Numbered from the stretch's first letter, positions 10,421 to 19,608 are shown. The stretch is 64,000 bases of DNA from Acidobacteriota bacterium (GCA_037447115.1 JBBIHH010000004.1:71060-135059), one strand, 5' to 3'. Numbers and translations: made by a program. The notes: generated by a model not told the origin, from the letters alone.

Positions 10421-10772
10421 GGGGGCGAAATGGATTCGACGGGAAGGCAGAGGCGGGAGTAGCACGCCGAGGTCCACCGCCTCGTTAAACAGGTGGGCTT
10501 AAACATAGCTGGCAACGCTCAGCTTGCTCTCGCGGCTTAATTGACCGCGACGTCCGTCGGACGGCCCCGCCCGAGGCGGTCCGAACGGGCGCCGACAAAT
10601 CGGGCTGGTCCGGCGGCGACGCCCGTAGCCGCCGGGCGAGATGGACGGGCTGGCTGCACGACCGCCTGCCGCTCGGCGGTCGGGCAGCGAGACTGAACGG
10701 AGACGGCTAAGCGTGTAGAAGCTCCCGTGCGAACCTTTCCGGACGCGGGTTCGATTCCCGCCGCCTCCACCA
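10421..10772 (+). ncRNA. ssrA: tmRNA (transfer-messenger RNA)
   Basis: The 5' GGGGGCGAAATGGATTCGACGGG and the 3' GCGGGTTCGATTCCCGCCGCCTCCACCA give a 7-bp acceptor stem with G3:U70. The tag frame at 10508-10540, GCT GGC AAC GCT CAG CTT GCT CTC GCG GCT TAA, encodes AGNAQLALAA. Confidence 0.95.
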
Positions 10773-11249
10773 ACTTCGTCTGCTAGCGCCGGCGCCTGTG
10801 CTGCTACGGGCGTCGGCAGTAGCTCGGAGGCTGGCGGGACTCGCACCCGAGCGGAGCTCGCTGGCGCTCGGCTTCGAATCCCGCTCGCTTCGCTCGCGTC
10901 AGGGCGGGTTCGATTCCCGCCGCCTCCACCAACTTCGTCTGCTAGCGCCAGCGCCTGTGCTGCTACGGGCGTCGGCAGTAGCTCGGAGGCTGGCGGGACT
11001 CGCACCCGAGCGGAGCTCGCTGGCGCTCGGCTTCGAATCCCGCTCGCTTCGCTCGCGTCAGGGCGGGTTCGATTCCCGCCGCCTCCACCAACTTCGTCTG
11101 CTAGCGCCAGCGCCTGTGCTGCTACGGGCGTCGGCAGTAGCTCGGAGGCTGGCGGGACTCGCACCCGAGCGGAGCTCGCTGGCGCTCGGCTTCGAATCCC
11201 GCTCGCTTCGCTCGCGTCGGGGCGGGTTCGATTCCCGCCGCCTCCACCG
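10773..11249 (+). repeat. Three tandem 159-bp units abutting the ssrA 3' end; each ends with a copy of the last 28 nt of tmRNA (T-arm, acceptor 3' strand, ACCA)
   Basis: Units span 10773-10931, 10932-11090 and 11091-11249. They differ at only 3 positions (unit position 19 G/A; positions 129 and 159 A/G in unit 3). A degenerate further stretch runs to about 11330. Confidence 0.95.
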
Positions 11250-11389
11250 ACTTCTCTGCCCGCGCGAGCGCTCCGCCCGCTTCGATGCGGGTTCCCGCCT
11301 CCGCCACCCGCGGACCCACGGATTGGCTTCGATTCTCCCGGCGCCGCGCGGTTGTTGCGCGAACCTTCCCTGTGACACAATCTTGACCT

Positions 11390-12637
11390 GTGTCTCGACC
11401 CCGGCGCCGCCTCCCGATTCGCGAGCGCATCGACGCCCCGGACGCCCGCTGGGTGGTCTTTATCGCCGCCTGGGCCGCCCTCGGTCTTTGGCTCGCGGCC
11501 GATTTCCAGGCAAGCCTCGCCCAGACCCCTCCGGCGACCTCCGGGCCTGTCGCGATCCGGTTTTCCGTGGACAGTACCGACGGCTCGACCCGGGTCATCC
11601 TGACTCACGCGCGCGAGGTCTCCCGCTCCGTCGTCCCCGCGGGGGATCGGCTCCACGTCCTGTACAGCGACTCCGTCAGCCTCGATCCCGCCCAGGGCGA
11701 CATCGGTGACGGCCGCCTCCAGCGCTGGAAACAGGAAGATGCACGCACCGTGACGCTGTTCCTAGGTCCTGCCTTCGACCATTTCGAAAGTTTCGAGCTC
11801 AAGAACCCCTCGCGCCTCGTCTTGGACCTCATGGGCCGCCCGATCGGGACCCCCACGCCTGGCGCCCATCCTGCCCCCACGCCCGCGCGCCCGGAACCCA
11901 GCGCCGTGATCGTCATCGATCCCGGCCACGGCGGGGTCGAAGAGGGTGCGATCGGTCCCACGGGACTGCGGGAAAAAGAGGTCGCGCTCGATCTCGGGCG
12001 CCGCCTGCGCACTCTACTCGCGCGCGATTCGCGCCTCGGCGTCGTCCTCACGCGCGAGGACGACCGCTACGTGGACCTCGACGAGCGCACCGCCATCGCC
12101 AACTACAACCGCGCCGACCTCTTCATTTCCATCCATCTCAACGCTTCGCCGCGCCGCGACGCCTACGGGGCCGAAACCTACTTTCTTTCCCCCGAGGCCA
12201 CCGACGACGAGGCTCGCACGCTCGCCGCTCTCGAGAACCAGGCCTACCGCACGAGCCAGGCGCTGCGCGCCGCTACGGGCGAGGGGCAGCGCAGGACCCT
12301 GGAGCTGATCCTCTGGGACCTCGCGCAGAACCAGTACCTCGCGGAGAGCGGCCGCCTCGCGGAGGCCGTTCAGCGCGAGCTCGACGCGCTCACCGGCACC
12401 CGCGACCGGGGCGTGCGCCAGGCACCCTTCCGGGTGCTGATGGGCGCCACGATGCCCGCCATCCTCGTCGAAGCGGGCTTCATCTCCAACCCGGACGAGG
12501 AGGCGCGGCTGCGCACCGTGGCCTATCGGGAACGCATCGCCGAGGCCCTCGCGCGCGCCGTACGCGAGTTCCTGCGGCACCACGAAGTTCTCCGCGGCCG
12601 GGCCGATCCTGCTGCGGACGGGGCGGCGCACCGGTGA
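11390..12637 (+). CDS. N-acetylmuramoyl-L-alanine amidase (AmiC-like, with N-terminal AMIN-like region)
   Basis: 415 aa. VIVIDPGHGG, ANYNRADLFISIHLNA and GAETYFLS are amidase_3 motifs. An N-terminal signal/TM segment is present. Confidence 0.85.
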   Translation: MSRPRRRLPIRERIDAPDARWVVFIAAWAALGLWLAADFQASLAQTPPATSGPVAIRFSVDSTDGSTRVILTHAREVSRSVVPAGDRLHVLYSDSVSLDPAQGDIGDGRLQRWKQEDARTVTLFLGPAFDHFESFELKNPSRLVLDLMGRPIGTPTPGAHPAPTPARPEPSAVIVIDPGHGGVEEGAIGPTGLREKEVALDLGRRLRTLLARDSRLGVVLTREDDRYVDLDERTAIANYNRADLFISIHLNASPRRDAYGAETYFLSPEATDDEARTLAALENQAYRTSQALRAATGEGQRRTLELILWDLAQNQYLAESGRLAEAVQRELDALTGTRDRGVRQAPFRVLMGATMPAILVEAGFISNPDEEARLRTVAYRERIAEALARAVREFLRHHEVLRGRADPAADGAAHR

Positions 12638-13347
12638 GCGCCGACCCGCGGCCAGAGGCGCGTACCGACCGGTTGCGAGCCGCGGGGGCGGCCCTCGTTC
12701 TCGTGGGTTGCCTGGCGGTCGCCTGCGGCGGGTCTGCCAGGCAAAAGGTGGGCTCTTCTCCGGAAATCTCCGGGGCTTCCGCGGAACTCCCAGCGCTCCC
12801 GCCTTCCGCGGCCAGTCCGCAGCCGGCCTCCGCCACCGCACCCGCCGCCGCTCTCGCTTCGAGCGCCGGGAATCCCCAAGCCCCCGCCCCCCTCGCGCGC
12901 AGGCAGGTGCGTCTTTTCTTCCCGGCGGAGGATCGAGAGGGGCTGTGGCCCGAGGTGCACGAGATCTTCGACACCGCTTCGCCCGTGGACCGGGCCAAGC
13001 AGATCCTTTCCGACCTCATCTCCGGCCCGAACGAAGAAGGCTTGCTGCCCGTCTTGCCCCGCAACGCTCGCCTGCGGCAAGTTTTCGTTCTCGACGACGG
13101 TGTGGCCTGGGTCGATTTTTCCGAGGATCTGCGGACGAGCCTTCCCGGAGGGAGCGAGCAGGAGCTCCTCGCCGTTTATGCCATCGTCAACGGGCTGGCG
13201 CTCAACGTGCCCGAGATCGAGCGCGTGGGCATTCTCCTCGGCGGCCGGCCGTGCACGACGCTCAACGGGCACCTCGATCTGCGCCTTCCGCTCCCGCCAC
13301 GGCTAGATTTGCTCGCCACGCCCGCCGAGGAACCTGCCGTGCCCTGA
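12634..13347 (+). CDS. GerMN domain lipoprotein
   Basis: 237 aa. Lipobox LVGCLAVAC-GG. The C-terminal region (VRLFFP..., ILSDLISGP, AWVDFS, LAVYAIVN, GHLD) fits the GerMN pattern. The GTGA start overlaps the amidase stop. Confidence 0.65.
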   Translation: MSADPRPEARTDRLRAAGAALVLVGCLAVACGGSARQKVGSSPEISGASAELPALPPSAASPQPASATAPAAALASSAGNPQAPAPLARRQVRLFFPAEDREGLWPEVHEIFDTASPVDRAKQILSDLISGPNEEGLLPVLPRNARLRQVFVLDDGVAWVDFSEDLRTSLPGGSEQELLAVYAIVNGLALNVPEIERVGILLGGRPCTTLNGHLDLRLPLPPRLDLLATPAEEPAVP

Positions 13348-13425
13348 CTCTCGGCGACGTCGCGGCCCGGCCGTGCTACCATCTGCGCCGCGCACCGAAC
13401 CGGGAAAAGAAGGCACGCGCGGAGG

Positions 13426-14175
13426 ATGCTCGTGCGCCACGACGGCCGCCCCGACGATGCGCTGCGCCCCGTGCGCATCGAGCCCGACTACCTGTCGCAG
13501 CCGCTGGGCTCGGTACTCATCGCGCTCGGGGAAACGCGCGTTCTGTGCACCGCCTCCGTCGAAGAAAACGTTCCGACGTTCCTCCGCGAACTCAACGAAG
13601 GCTGGGTCACGAGCGAGTACGCCATGCTTCCCGCCGCCACCAACACCCGCAGCCCGCGCGAGGTCACTCGCGGCCGCCCCTCCGGCCGCACGATGGAGAT
13701 CCAGCGGCTCATCGGCCGCAGCCTGCGGGCCGTCGTCGATCGCAAAGCCCTCGGGCCGCGCACGCTCTGGGTGGACTGCGACGTCCTGCAGGCCGACGGG
13801 GGCACGCGTACCGCCGCCATCACCGGCGGTTTCGTGGCGCTGGCGCTCGCGCTTCGTCGCTTGCAGGAGCAGGGAGTGATCCAGGCTCCGGTGCTGACGG
13901 GACAGGTCGCGGCGGTGTCCGTGGGGATCCTGGAGAACCGGCCCGTCCTCGATCTCGACTATGTCGAGGACTCCGCGGCGGAGGTGGATATGAACGTCGT
14001 CGGCACCGACGACGGCCGCTACGTCGAGATCCAGGGCACGGCCGAGAGCACCCCTTTTGGCCGCGAACGCCTCCACGAGATGTTGCGGCTAGCCGACAAG
14101 GGGTTGGCCGAACTCCACAACGATCAGCGCGAAGCGTTGGGCGCGCGCCTGGAAACGCTGCTCGTCCCGCGCTGA
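13426..14175 (+). CDS. rph: Ribonuclease PH
   Basis: 249 aa. [48 protein letters not shown] and [14 protein letters not shown] are RNase PH signatures. Confidence 0.95.
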   Translation: MLVRHDGRPDDALRPVRIEPDYLSQPLGSVLIALGETRVLCTASVEENVPTFLRELNEGWVTSEYAMLPAATNTRSPREVTRGRPSGRTMEIQRLIGRSLRAVVDRKALGPRTLWVDCDVLQADGGTRTAAITGGFVALALALRRLQEQGVIQAPVLTGQVAAVSVGILENRPVLDLDYVEDSAAEVDMNVVGTDDGRYVEIQGTAESTPFGRERLHEMLRLADKGLAELHNDQREALGARLETLLVPR

Positions 14176-14193
14176 GCCGGTCGCGGTCCCTGG

Positions 14194-14799
14194 ATGAGCC
14201 GCCTCGTCGTGGCCACGCGCAATCCTGGCAAGCTGCGCGAGCTCGAGGGGGTGCTGCGCGGCGAAGGCATCGAGGTGTGGGGTCTCGATCGTTTCGCAGA
14301 AATCTCCCCTGCCGCGGAGACCGGCGCCACGTTCGAGGACAACGCCCGCCTCAAGGCGCTCCATGTCTCGCGCGCCGTTCCCTGGACCGTGCTCGCCGAC
14401 GACTCGGGCCTCGAAGTGGATGCCCTCGGCGGCGAGCCCGGGGTGCACTCGGCGCGCTACGGCGGCGAAGGTCTCGACGACCGAGCCCGCTGCGAGCGGC
14501 TGCTCCGAGCCCTTCGCGGCGTGCCCCCCGGGTGCCGCACCGCTCGCTTCCGCTGCGTCCTCGCCGTCGCGCGGGAAGGCGCGCTTCTCGCCACCTTCGA
14601 AGGCACCGCCGAAGGTCGCATTTTCGAGGAGCCCCGCGGCAGCGGCGGCTTCGGCTACGACCCTGTCTTTTTTCACGAAGAAGCAGGGTGCACCTTCGCC
14701 CAGCTCGCACCCGAGGAGAAGGCGCGCTACTCGCACCGCGGGCAGGCCCTGCGCCGGCTGCTCGAAGCGCTCCGCAGTGGCGCGCTGCGCGTCGGCTGA
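14194..14799 (+). CDS. rdgB: Non-canonical purine NTP pyrophosphatase (RdgB/HAM1 family)
   Basis: 201 aa. VATRNPGKLREL, ADDSGLEVDALGGEPGVHSARY, GGFGYDPVF and SHRG motifs. The rph-rdgB pairing is common. Confidence 0.9.
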   Translation: MSRLVVATRNPGKLRELEGVLRGEGIEVWGLDRFAEISPAAETGATFEDNARLKALHVSRAVPWTVLADDSGLEVDALGGEPGVHSARYGGEGLDDRARCERLLRALRGVPPGCRTARFRCVLAVAREGALLATFEGTAEGRIFEEPRGSGGFGYDPVFFHEEAGCTFAQLAPEEKARYSHRGQALRRLLEALRSGALRVG

Positions 14800-14951
14800 C
14801 GGTGCCTCCTCCGGTGGCCGCGTTTTGCGTGCCAGCCCGGGGGCGCGATGCTCTCCCGAAGCGCGCCCCTCCCCCTCGCCGGACCGCGCGCGGCTGCCGG
14901 CACGGACGCGGTTGCCGCGCGCAACCGCCGGACCCGCAAAGGCGCGCTCGG

Positions 14952-14981
14952 TTGACGCTCCGCGACAGCCGGTGGTAGATT
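14952..14981 (+). promoter_or_regulatory. Candidate sigma-70 promoter for tRNA-Asn
   Basis: TTGACG (14952-14957), an 18-nt spacer, then TAGATT (14976-14981), about 80 nt upstream of the tRNA. Confidence 0.4.
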
Positions 14982-15060
14982 CCGAGCGCTGCGAAGGGGA
15001 TGGACAGCCGCCCAAGGTGTCCCGAACCGCATGCGGCTCCCACACCCCACGAGCGGCTGC

Positions 15061-15135
<75 letters not shown>

Positions 15136-15417
15136 CATTTCGCGGCGTGCGAACCGATATTTGGAAGGACGTCCTCGGCGTCGTCGTCGAGGCCGTGGTC
15201 GGAAAGCTGAAGGTGGAAAGAAACGGGTCGAGGGGCGTGGCGAAGGCGGGGGCGTAGCCTCCCTCGTCCCCGAACTCGTCGACCTGCCTGCCGCGGCACA
15301 ATGGCTTGCGGCCCAGGCAGGGAAGGCCGGCACGACGCGGAGAACCGACGACCCACACGCCGGCGGGCCGCCGGGATCCGGCGGGTACCCCCAACCCCCG
15401 CCGCCCACGCCGGACCC

Positions 15418-15915
15418 CTCCGCGCCCTCTTCATCTTCGACCAAGACGCCCCCGTCTACGCGATCCTCAGCGAACTGCGCCGCGCCGGCTACCCCACCGA
15501 GCACCGCCGGGTCTGCACCGAGTCCGAACTCCAATCCGCCCTCACCTGCGCGCAGTGCGACATTGCCTTTCTCCCCGCCGCGCCGCAACGGATCGATCCC
15601 ACCGCCGCCCTGACCATCCTCCATGCCCGCGATCCCGATCTCCCGGCAATCGTGATCGGCGACGCCGCCCTCGCCGGCCACGCCATCCCCCTCGTCCGCG
15701 CCGGCGCGGCGGACTTCGTCACCATGGACAACTTGGCGCTCCCCCCCGGCGCCGTGGCCCGCGAACTGCGCACCTACCGCACGATCGCCGAACGCCGCCG
15801 CCTCCAGCAGGCCTTCCTCGAGGCCCGAAAACTCGAGGTCTTCGCCAGCCTCGCCGCCGGCATCAACCACGACTTCAACAACATCCTCATGGCCATCCCC
15901 GGCTTCGAGTCCATC
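15418..15915 (+). pseudogene. 3'-truncated sensor kinase fragment (degenerate receiver-like domain plus HisKA H-box only)
   Basis: LRALFIFDQDAP...PAIVIGD...GAADFV is receiver-like. It is followed by a coiled-coil and the H-box LAAGINHDFNNILMAIPGFES. Kinase homology stops near 15915, with no HATPase domain. Confidence 0.6.
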
Positions 15916-16400
15916 CGTTTCTGGCCGATCTCGGCAGGCGAGCGAGCGCAGGCGCCATTGGAGTTCGTGACCGTTGGGGTGCGTGTAGGGCTGTCGTGCG
16001 TGCAAGGGGTTGAGTTGATCGAAGCCGGCCTTGCGCTGCCACTCCGTCGCACGGACTGCACGCGCCGCTTGGAAAGCGGAGTCCGGACTGCGAACACAAG
16101 AGTGGGGCGCTGGGTTCCAGGCTCTGGCCTCGCTCGTTCTTGTACCGCCAGAACCGCCGCAGCTTTCGGACGAGCCGGTCGGGCAGGAAGAGGTCGGCTG
16201 CCCGGCGGCGCTTGGCGGTCTCGCGGCTGATCCAGACTCGGGTCTTGGGTGTTCCGTTGGGTGCGAAGATGTCGCCGACGTCGAGCGCGAAGAGCTCCGA
16301 CCCGCAACCCGGTCCGGAGGGCCATCGAGATGCTCCGGTGGTCGCGGGGGTGCTTGGCGGTCGCGCGGAAGATGAGGCATCGTTCGTCCGGGATCCGTGT
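15900..16400 (-). pseudogene. Tyrosine recombinase/integrase remnant (catalytic domain only, at least one frameshift)
   Basis: One minus frame reads ELFALDVGDIF...PKTRVWISRETAKRRRAADLFLPDRLVRKLRRFW...PLLCSQSG. A second minus frame continues AGFDQLNPLHARQPYTHPNGHELQWRLRSLA, a degenerate HxLRH...LGH region. No N-terminal core-binding domain. Confidence 0.5.
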
Positions 16401-16475
16401 TTCACTCTGCGGCGGGGCGGTTCCAATGGTACCCCTTTTTCCCGGATGGCTGGAGCGAGTGCCTGAGATAGAATC

Positions 16476-17432
16476 TTGCGTATGCGGTTTGACCGGAACA
16501 AGTTCATTCTAGCGGTCCGGTGGGCCGTGGCCGTGTTAATCGTTGGTGCCGTGGCCGGTCATTTTGCCCGCCTGCTCGCCCGTTCCGAATTATGGGAGAA
16601 CCCTTTCACGGTTCGACCCCTTTGGATCCTCGGTACGGTCGCTGGATATGGGCTCGCATTTGCGATTTGGGGGGCGTTCTGGGCGCGGTTGCTCCGAGGC
16701 AGGCGCGCCCGAGTTCCGTCTTGGCCAATTGCACGGGCGTACTTTGTGAGCCAGCTGGGAAAGTACGTGCCCGGGAAGGCCTTGGCCATCGTCCTTCGCG
16801 CTCTGTTGATACGCCCGGCGGGCGTGCCATTCCAAATCGCTGCGATCACAGCCGTTTATGAAACGCTCACGGTCATGGCATCGGGATCATTGCTCGCCGG
16901 CGGTCTGTTGCCGCTCGTCGAGATCGGATCGCCCGACCATCACTGGAGAAATCTGGGGCTGCTGGCCCTCGTGGGAATTCCTTTATTACCTGGTATCTTC
17001 AATCGACTCGCACCCCGTGCGGCTCGTCTTTTTATGTCGTCGGATGCCCCGCCGACACCCAGACTGGGATTCGGGGATCTGATCCTCGGACTTGTTCAAA
17101 CCGCCATAGGCTGGTGTTTCCTCGGCTTCAGCCTGCTCATGCTTCTTCGAGCATTCGGCGAGTGGCGATTCTCGCTCGTATCATGCACGGTATTCGTGGC
17201 TTGCTCGTATGTCGCCGGTTTTTTCACGCTCCCAGCCCCAGGAGGTCTTGGCATTCGTGAGGTGCTGTTGCAGCAGCTTCTTGCCGGCGGACTCGGTGAA
17301 TCGTGGGGCGAGGTGAGGGGAGAGGCATTGGCCGTACTCGTCGCACTGTCCCTTCGTTTCTGGTGGACCGTGACCGAAGTCGGGCTCGCGGGTCTGGTCT
17401 ATCTATTGCCACAAGGGACGCGACGACCATGA
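16476..17432 (+). CDS. Lysylphosphatidylglycerol-synthase-TM-region / flippase-like (UPF0104) membrane protein
   Basis: 318 aa polytopic protein with YFVSQLGKYVPGKA and PAPGGLGIRE motifs typical of this family. The sequence is visibly more A/T-rich than its flanks. Confidence 0.6.
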   Translation: MRMRFDRNKFILAVRWAVAVLIVGAVAGHFARLLARSELWENPFTVRPLWILGTVAGYGLAFAIWGAFWARLLRGRRARVPSWPIARAYFVSQLGKYVPGKALAIVLRALLIRPAGVPFQIAAITAVYETLTVMASGSLLAGGLLPLVEIGSPDHHWRNLGLLALVGIPLLPGIFNRLAPRAARLFMSSDAPPTPRLGFGDLILGLVQTAIGWCFLGFSLLMLLRAFGEWRFSLVSCTVFVACSYVAGFFTLPAPGGLGIREVLLQQLLAGGLGESWGEVRGEALAVLVALSLRFWWTVTEVGLAGLVYLLPQGTRRP

Positions 17433-17491
17433 GCCGGACGATCTCCCTTGTGGTCTCCGTCTTCAACGAACGCGAAAGCACGGGCCGCTGA
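17429..17491 (+). pseudogene. Family-2 glycosyltransferase stub (first about 20 codons only)
   Basis: MSRTISLVVSVFNERESTGR-stop. ISLVVxVFNE is the canonical GT2 N-terminus. An ATGA overlap with the upstream gene indicates a former coupled pair. Confidence 0.55.
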
Positions 17492-17776
17492 CTCGCCCGC
17501 CGTCAGCTGACCGAAGACCGGCCGCACAGCAAGCAGGAACAGCGCGCACGGTCGTGGACCGTGTTATGGAGGAGTTGGCGCGCCAGCTCGAGTCCCCTGC
17601 CCATGAACCCGGGCGCTCGACGCCCCCTCGCTCGCCGGGCTCGTCTTGCTCGCCCTGGCGCTGGTGGCCTGGCTGGCGTGGCTTTGGTATTCTCCGCTGG
17701 CCGGTGTCGGGGGCCGGGGCGCATCCGGAAAGGCCGCGATACCGTGGGGGTCGTCTCCGAAAGCGGGAGAGGAGCG

Positions 17777-18514
17777 ATGGTCAGGAAACGGAACCCGAGC
17801 GAAGCCTTGCCTCCGCCACTCGTGCTGCGCCCTGCGGCCGAGCGCGGCCATCGCCACTATGGGTGGCTCGACACGTGGCACACGTTCTCCTTCGGCGATT
17901 ACCACGACCCGCGGCACATGGGTTTTCGCGCTCTGCGGGTCCTCAACGACGATCGCGTGGCCCCTGGCGCAGGCTTTCCCGACCACCCGCACCGCGACAT
18001 GGAAATCGTCACATACGTTCTCGAAGGAGCGCTCCAGCACCGGGACAGTCTGGGGAACACCTCGGTGATCCGTGCCGGAGAGATGCAGCGCATGAGCGCA
18101 GGCACGGGCGTGGTCCACAGCGAGTACAACCCCTCGCAGGCGGAGCCGGTCCACTTCCTGCAGATCTGGATCGTGCCGGCACGGCAGGGGCTGCCGCCAA
18201 GTTACGAGCAGAGGGCGTTTGCCGAGGAAGAGCGCCGCGGGCGCTTCCGGCTCGTCGCCTCACCCGAGGGCGCCGAACGGTCCCTGATCGTCCATCAGGA
18301 TGCCCGCCTCTACGCCGCGCTGCTGCGCGCGGGCGAGAGAACGACCTACGCCGTCCGGCCCGGCCGCTACGCCTGGGTCCATATCGCCCGCGGGAGAACC
18401 GGTGTGGCAGGCCTGGAGCTATTCGAGGGCGACGGCGTGGCGGTCACGGGTCCGCTGGAGCTCGAGTTCGAAGGGGTCGGGGAGGGGGAAGTCCTGCTCT
18501 TCGACTTGAGCTGA
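17777..18514 (+). CDS. Pirin family protein
   Basis: GWLDTWHTFSFGDYHDP, FPDHPHRDMEIVTYVLEG, HRDSLGN and MSAGTGVVHSE. ATG at 17777 preceded by GGGAGAGGAG. The ORF-track start at 17561 looks over-extended. Confidence 0.9.
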   Translation: MVRKRNPSEALPPPLVLRPAAERGHRHYGWLDTWHTFSFGDYHDPRHMGFRALRVLNDDRVAPGAGFPDHPHRDMEIVTYVLEGALQHRDSLGNTSVIRAGEMQRMSAGTGVVHSEYNPSQAEPVHFLQIWIVPARQGLPPSYEQRAFAEEERRGRFRLVASPEGAERSLIVHQDARLYAALLRAGERTTYAVRPGRYAWVHIARGRTGVAGLELFEGDGVAVTGPLELEFEGVGEGEVLLFDLS

Positions 18515-18523
18515 GGAAGACCG

Positions 18524-19126
18524 ATGAGGAAACCTGCGCGCGCCGACTACGAGATCCACGAGCTGATCCGCGAGCGTTGGAGCCCGCGCGCGTTCTCGGA
18601 AAAGCCCATCGAGGAGCGCGCGCTGCGCTCTCTGCTCGAGGCGGCGCGCTGGGCGCCCTCGTCCTTCAACGAGCAGCCGTGGCGCTTCATCGTCGCCCGG
18701 CGCGAGGACGAAAGAGAGTTCGCGAGGTTGCTGTCGTGCCTGAGCGAGGGCAACCAGCGCTGGGCCCGACACGCGGCCGTTCTGCTGCTGTCCGTGGCCA
18801 GCACCGTCTTCGCGCGCAACGGCAAGCCGAACCGGCACGCCTTCCATGACGTGGGGCTCGCGGCCGCGCACCTCGCGCTGCAGGCCACCGCCCTCGGGAT
18901 CGCCGTGCACCCGATGGCGGGGTTTTCTTGCGAGCGAGCCCGCGAGCTCTACCGGATTCCCGAGGGGTTCGAGCCCGTAGCGGCGATCGCCGCGGGCTAC
19001 CCGGGCGAGCCCGCCGATCTGCCGGACGACCTGCGCGAGCTCGAGCTGCGCGAGCGGTCGCGAAGGCCGCAACCGGAGTTCGTGTTCCACGGCGTGTGGG
19101 GGGAACCCTGGAGGGAGGCTCTGTGA
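18524..19126 (+). CDS. Nitroreductase family protein
   Basis: 200 aa. RWSPRAFSEKPI, LLEAARWAPSSFNEQPWRF and HDVGLAAAHLALQA. Confidence 0.85.
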   Translation: MRKPARADYEIHELIRERWSPRAFSEKPIEERALRSLLEAARWAPSSFNEQPWRFIVARREDEREFARLLSCLSEGNQRWARHAAVLLLSVASTVFARNGKPNRHAFHDVGLAAAHLALQATALGIAVHPMAGFSCERARELYRIPEGFEPVAAIAAGYPGEPADLPDDLRELELRERSRRPQPEFVFHGVWGEPWREAL

Positions 19127-19282
19127 GACGAGCATGGCTTCGACAAGCGACCGTCGCGTGGGTGGGTCGCCCCCCGGTCAAGACCTTCGGCACGATGTAC
19201 GCGGGTACCGACCGGGTCTGCGCGACGCCTGCGGAGTCGCGGCCTACGGCACGATAGGACCTTCCGGCGGCCGTCGCGGGGA

Positions 19283-19489
19283 TCAGTCGGGGGTGTGGCG
19301 GCCGGCGGTTCGCATCGCCTGCGGAATCTTCATGCGCAGGCGAAAGCGGGCCCAGGCGACGATCGCCTCGCGCCAGTCGTCCGCTTCCTCGCGGCTCATC
19401 CGGCCCGCCGTTTCGAGGAGGTCGAGGAGCCGCAGTGCATCCGGGACCTCGACCGGCGTGAGGTACTGCAAGATCTCTTCGCGTCGCAT
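19283..19489 (-). CDS. Hypothetical small protein (68 aa)
   Basis: ORF with balanced, non-Arg-biased composition (MRREEILQYLTPVEVPDALRLLDLLETAGRMSREEADDWREAIVAW...). No recognisable family. Confidence 0.3.
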   Translation of the reverse strand: MRREEILQYLTPVEVPDALRLLDLLETAGRMSREEADDWREAIVAWARFRLRMKIPQAMRTAGRHTPD

Positions 19490-19578
19490 GGCTTAATCAT
19501 ACTACTCGGCGCGGGGCGGTGCGAGGCGAGTCGCTGGCCCATCGTGCCGAGTCGAGTTCCCTCGCTCCCGGCGTTCTT

Positions 19579-19608
19579 ATATTTGTCCGCATCCGGTATT
19601 ACAAATAT
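19579..19608. promoter_or_regulatory. AT-rich perfect inverted repeat (candidate operator) in a divergent intergenic region
   Basis: ATATTTGT (19579-19586), a 14-nt spacer, then ACAAATAT (19601-19608). Lies between the divergent 19489(-) gene and the DUF3311/symporter operon, in an otherwise GC-rich genome. Confidence 0.4.

Noticed and set aside
10773-11249. Whether the tandem repeat could be a CRISPR array.
   Set aside because: The units are contiguous and near-identical over their whole 159 bp, so there are no unique spacers. No cas genes are present, and each unit ends in a tmRNA 3' fragment.
10499-11656. A 385-aa minus-strand ORF containing three perfect 53-aa repeats (GGGGNRTRPDASEASGIRSRAPASSARVRVPPASELLPTPVAAQALALADEV). 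The matching 303-aa plus-strand ORF at 10798-11709 also contains repeats.
   Set aside because: Both are by-products of the 159-bp DNA repeat, since 159 = 53 x 3. The minus ORF runs antisense through the tmRNA gene. The composition is Arg/Ala/Gly/Pro junk typical of off-frame high-GC sequence, and there is no plausible start context.
12708-14978. A 756-aa plus-strand ORF spanning the gerMN-like gene, rph and rdgB.
   Set aside because: It is out of frame with three well-supported genes, and the translation is almost pure Arg/Pro/Ala/Gly.
17487-17507. The inverted repeat GCTGAC-N9-GTCAGC right after the GT2 stub, considered as a possible element terminus or att site.
   Set aside because: It is short (6 bp), has no partner repeat near the integrase-side junction, and has no similarity to the tRNA-Asn 3' end. 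The evidence is insufficient.
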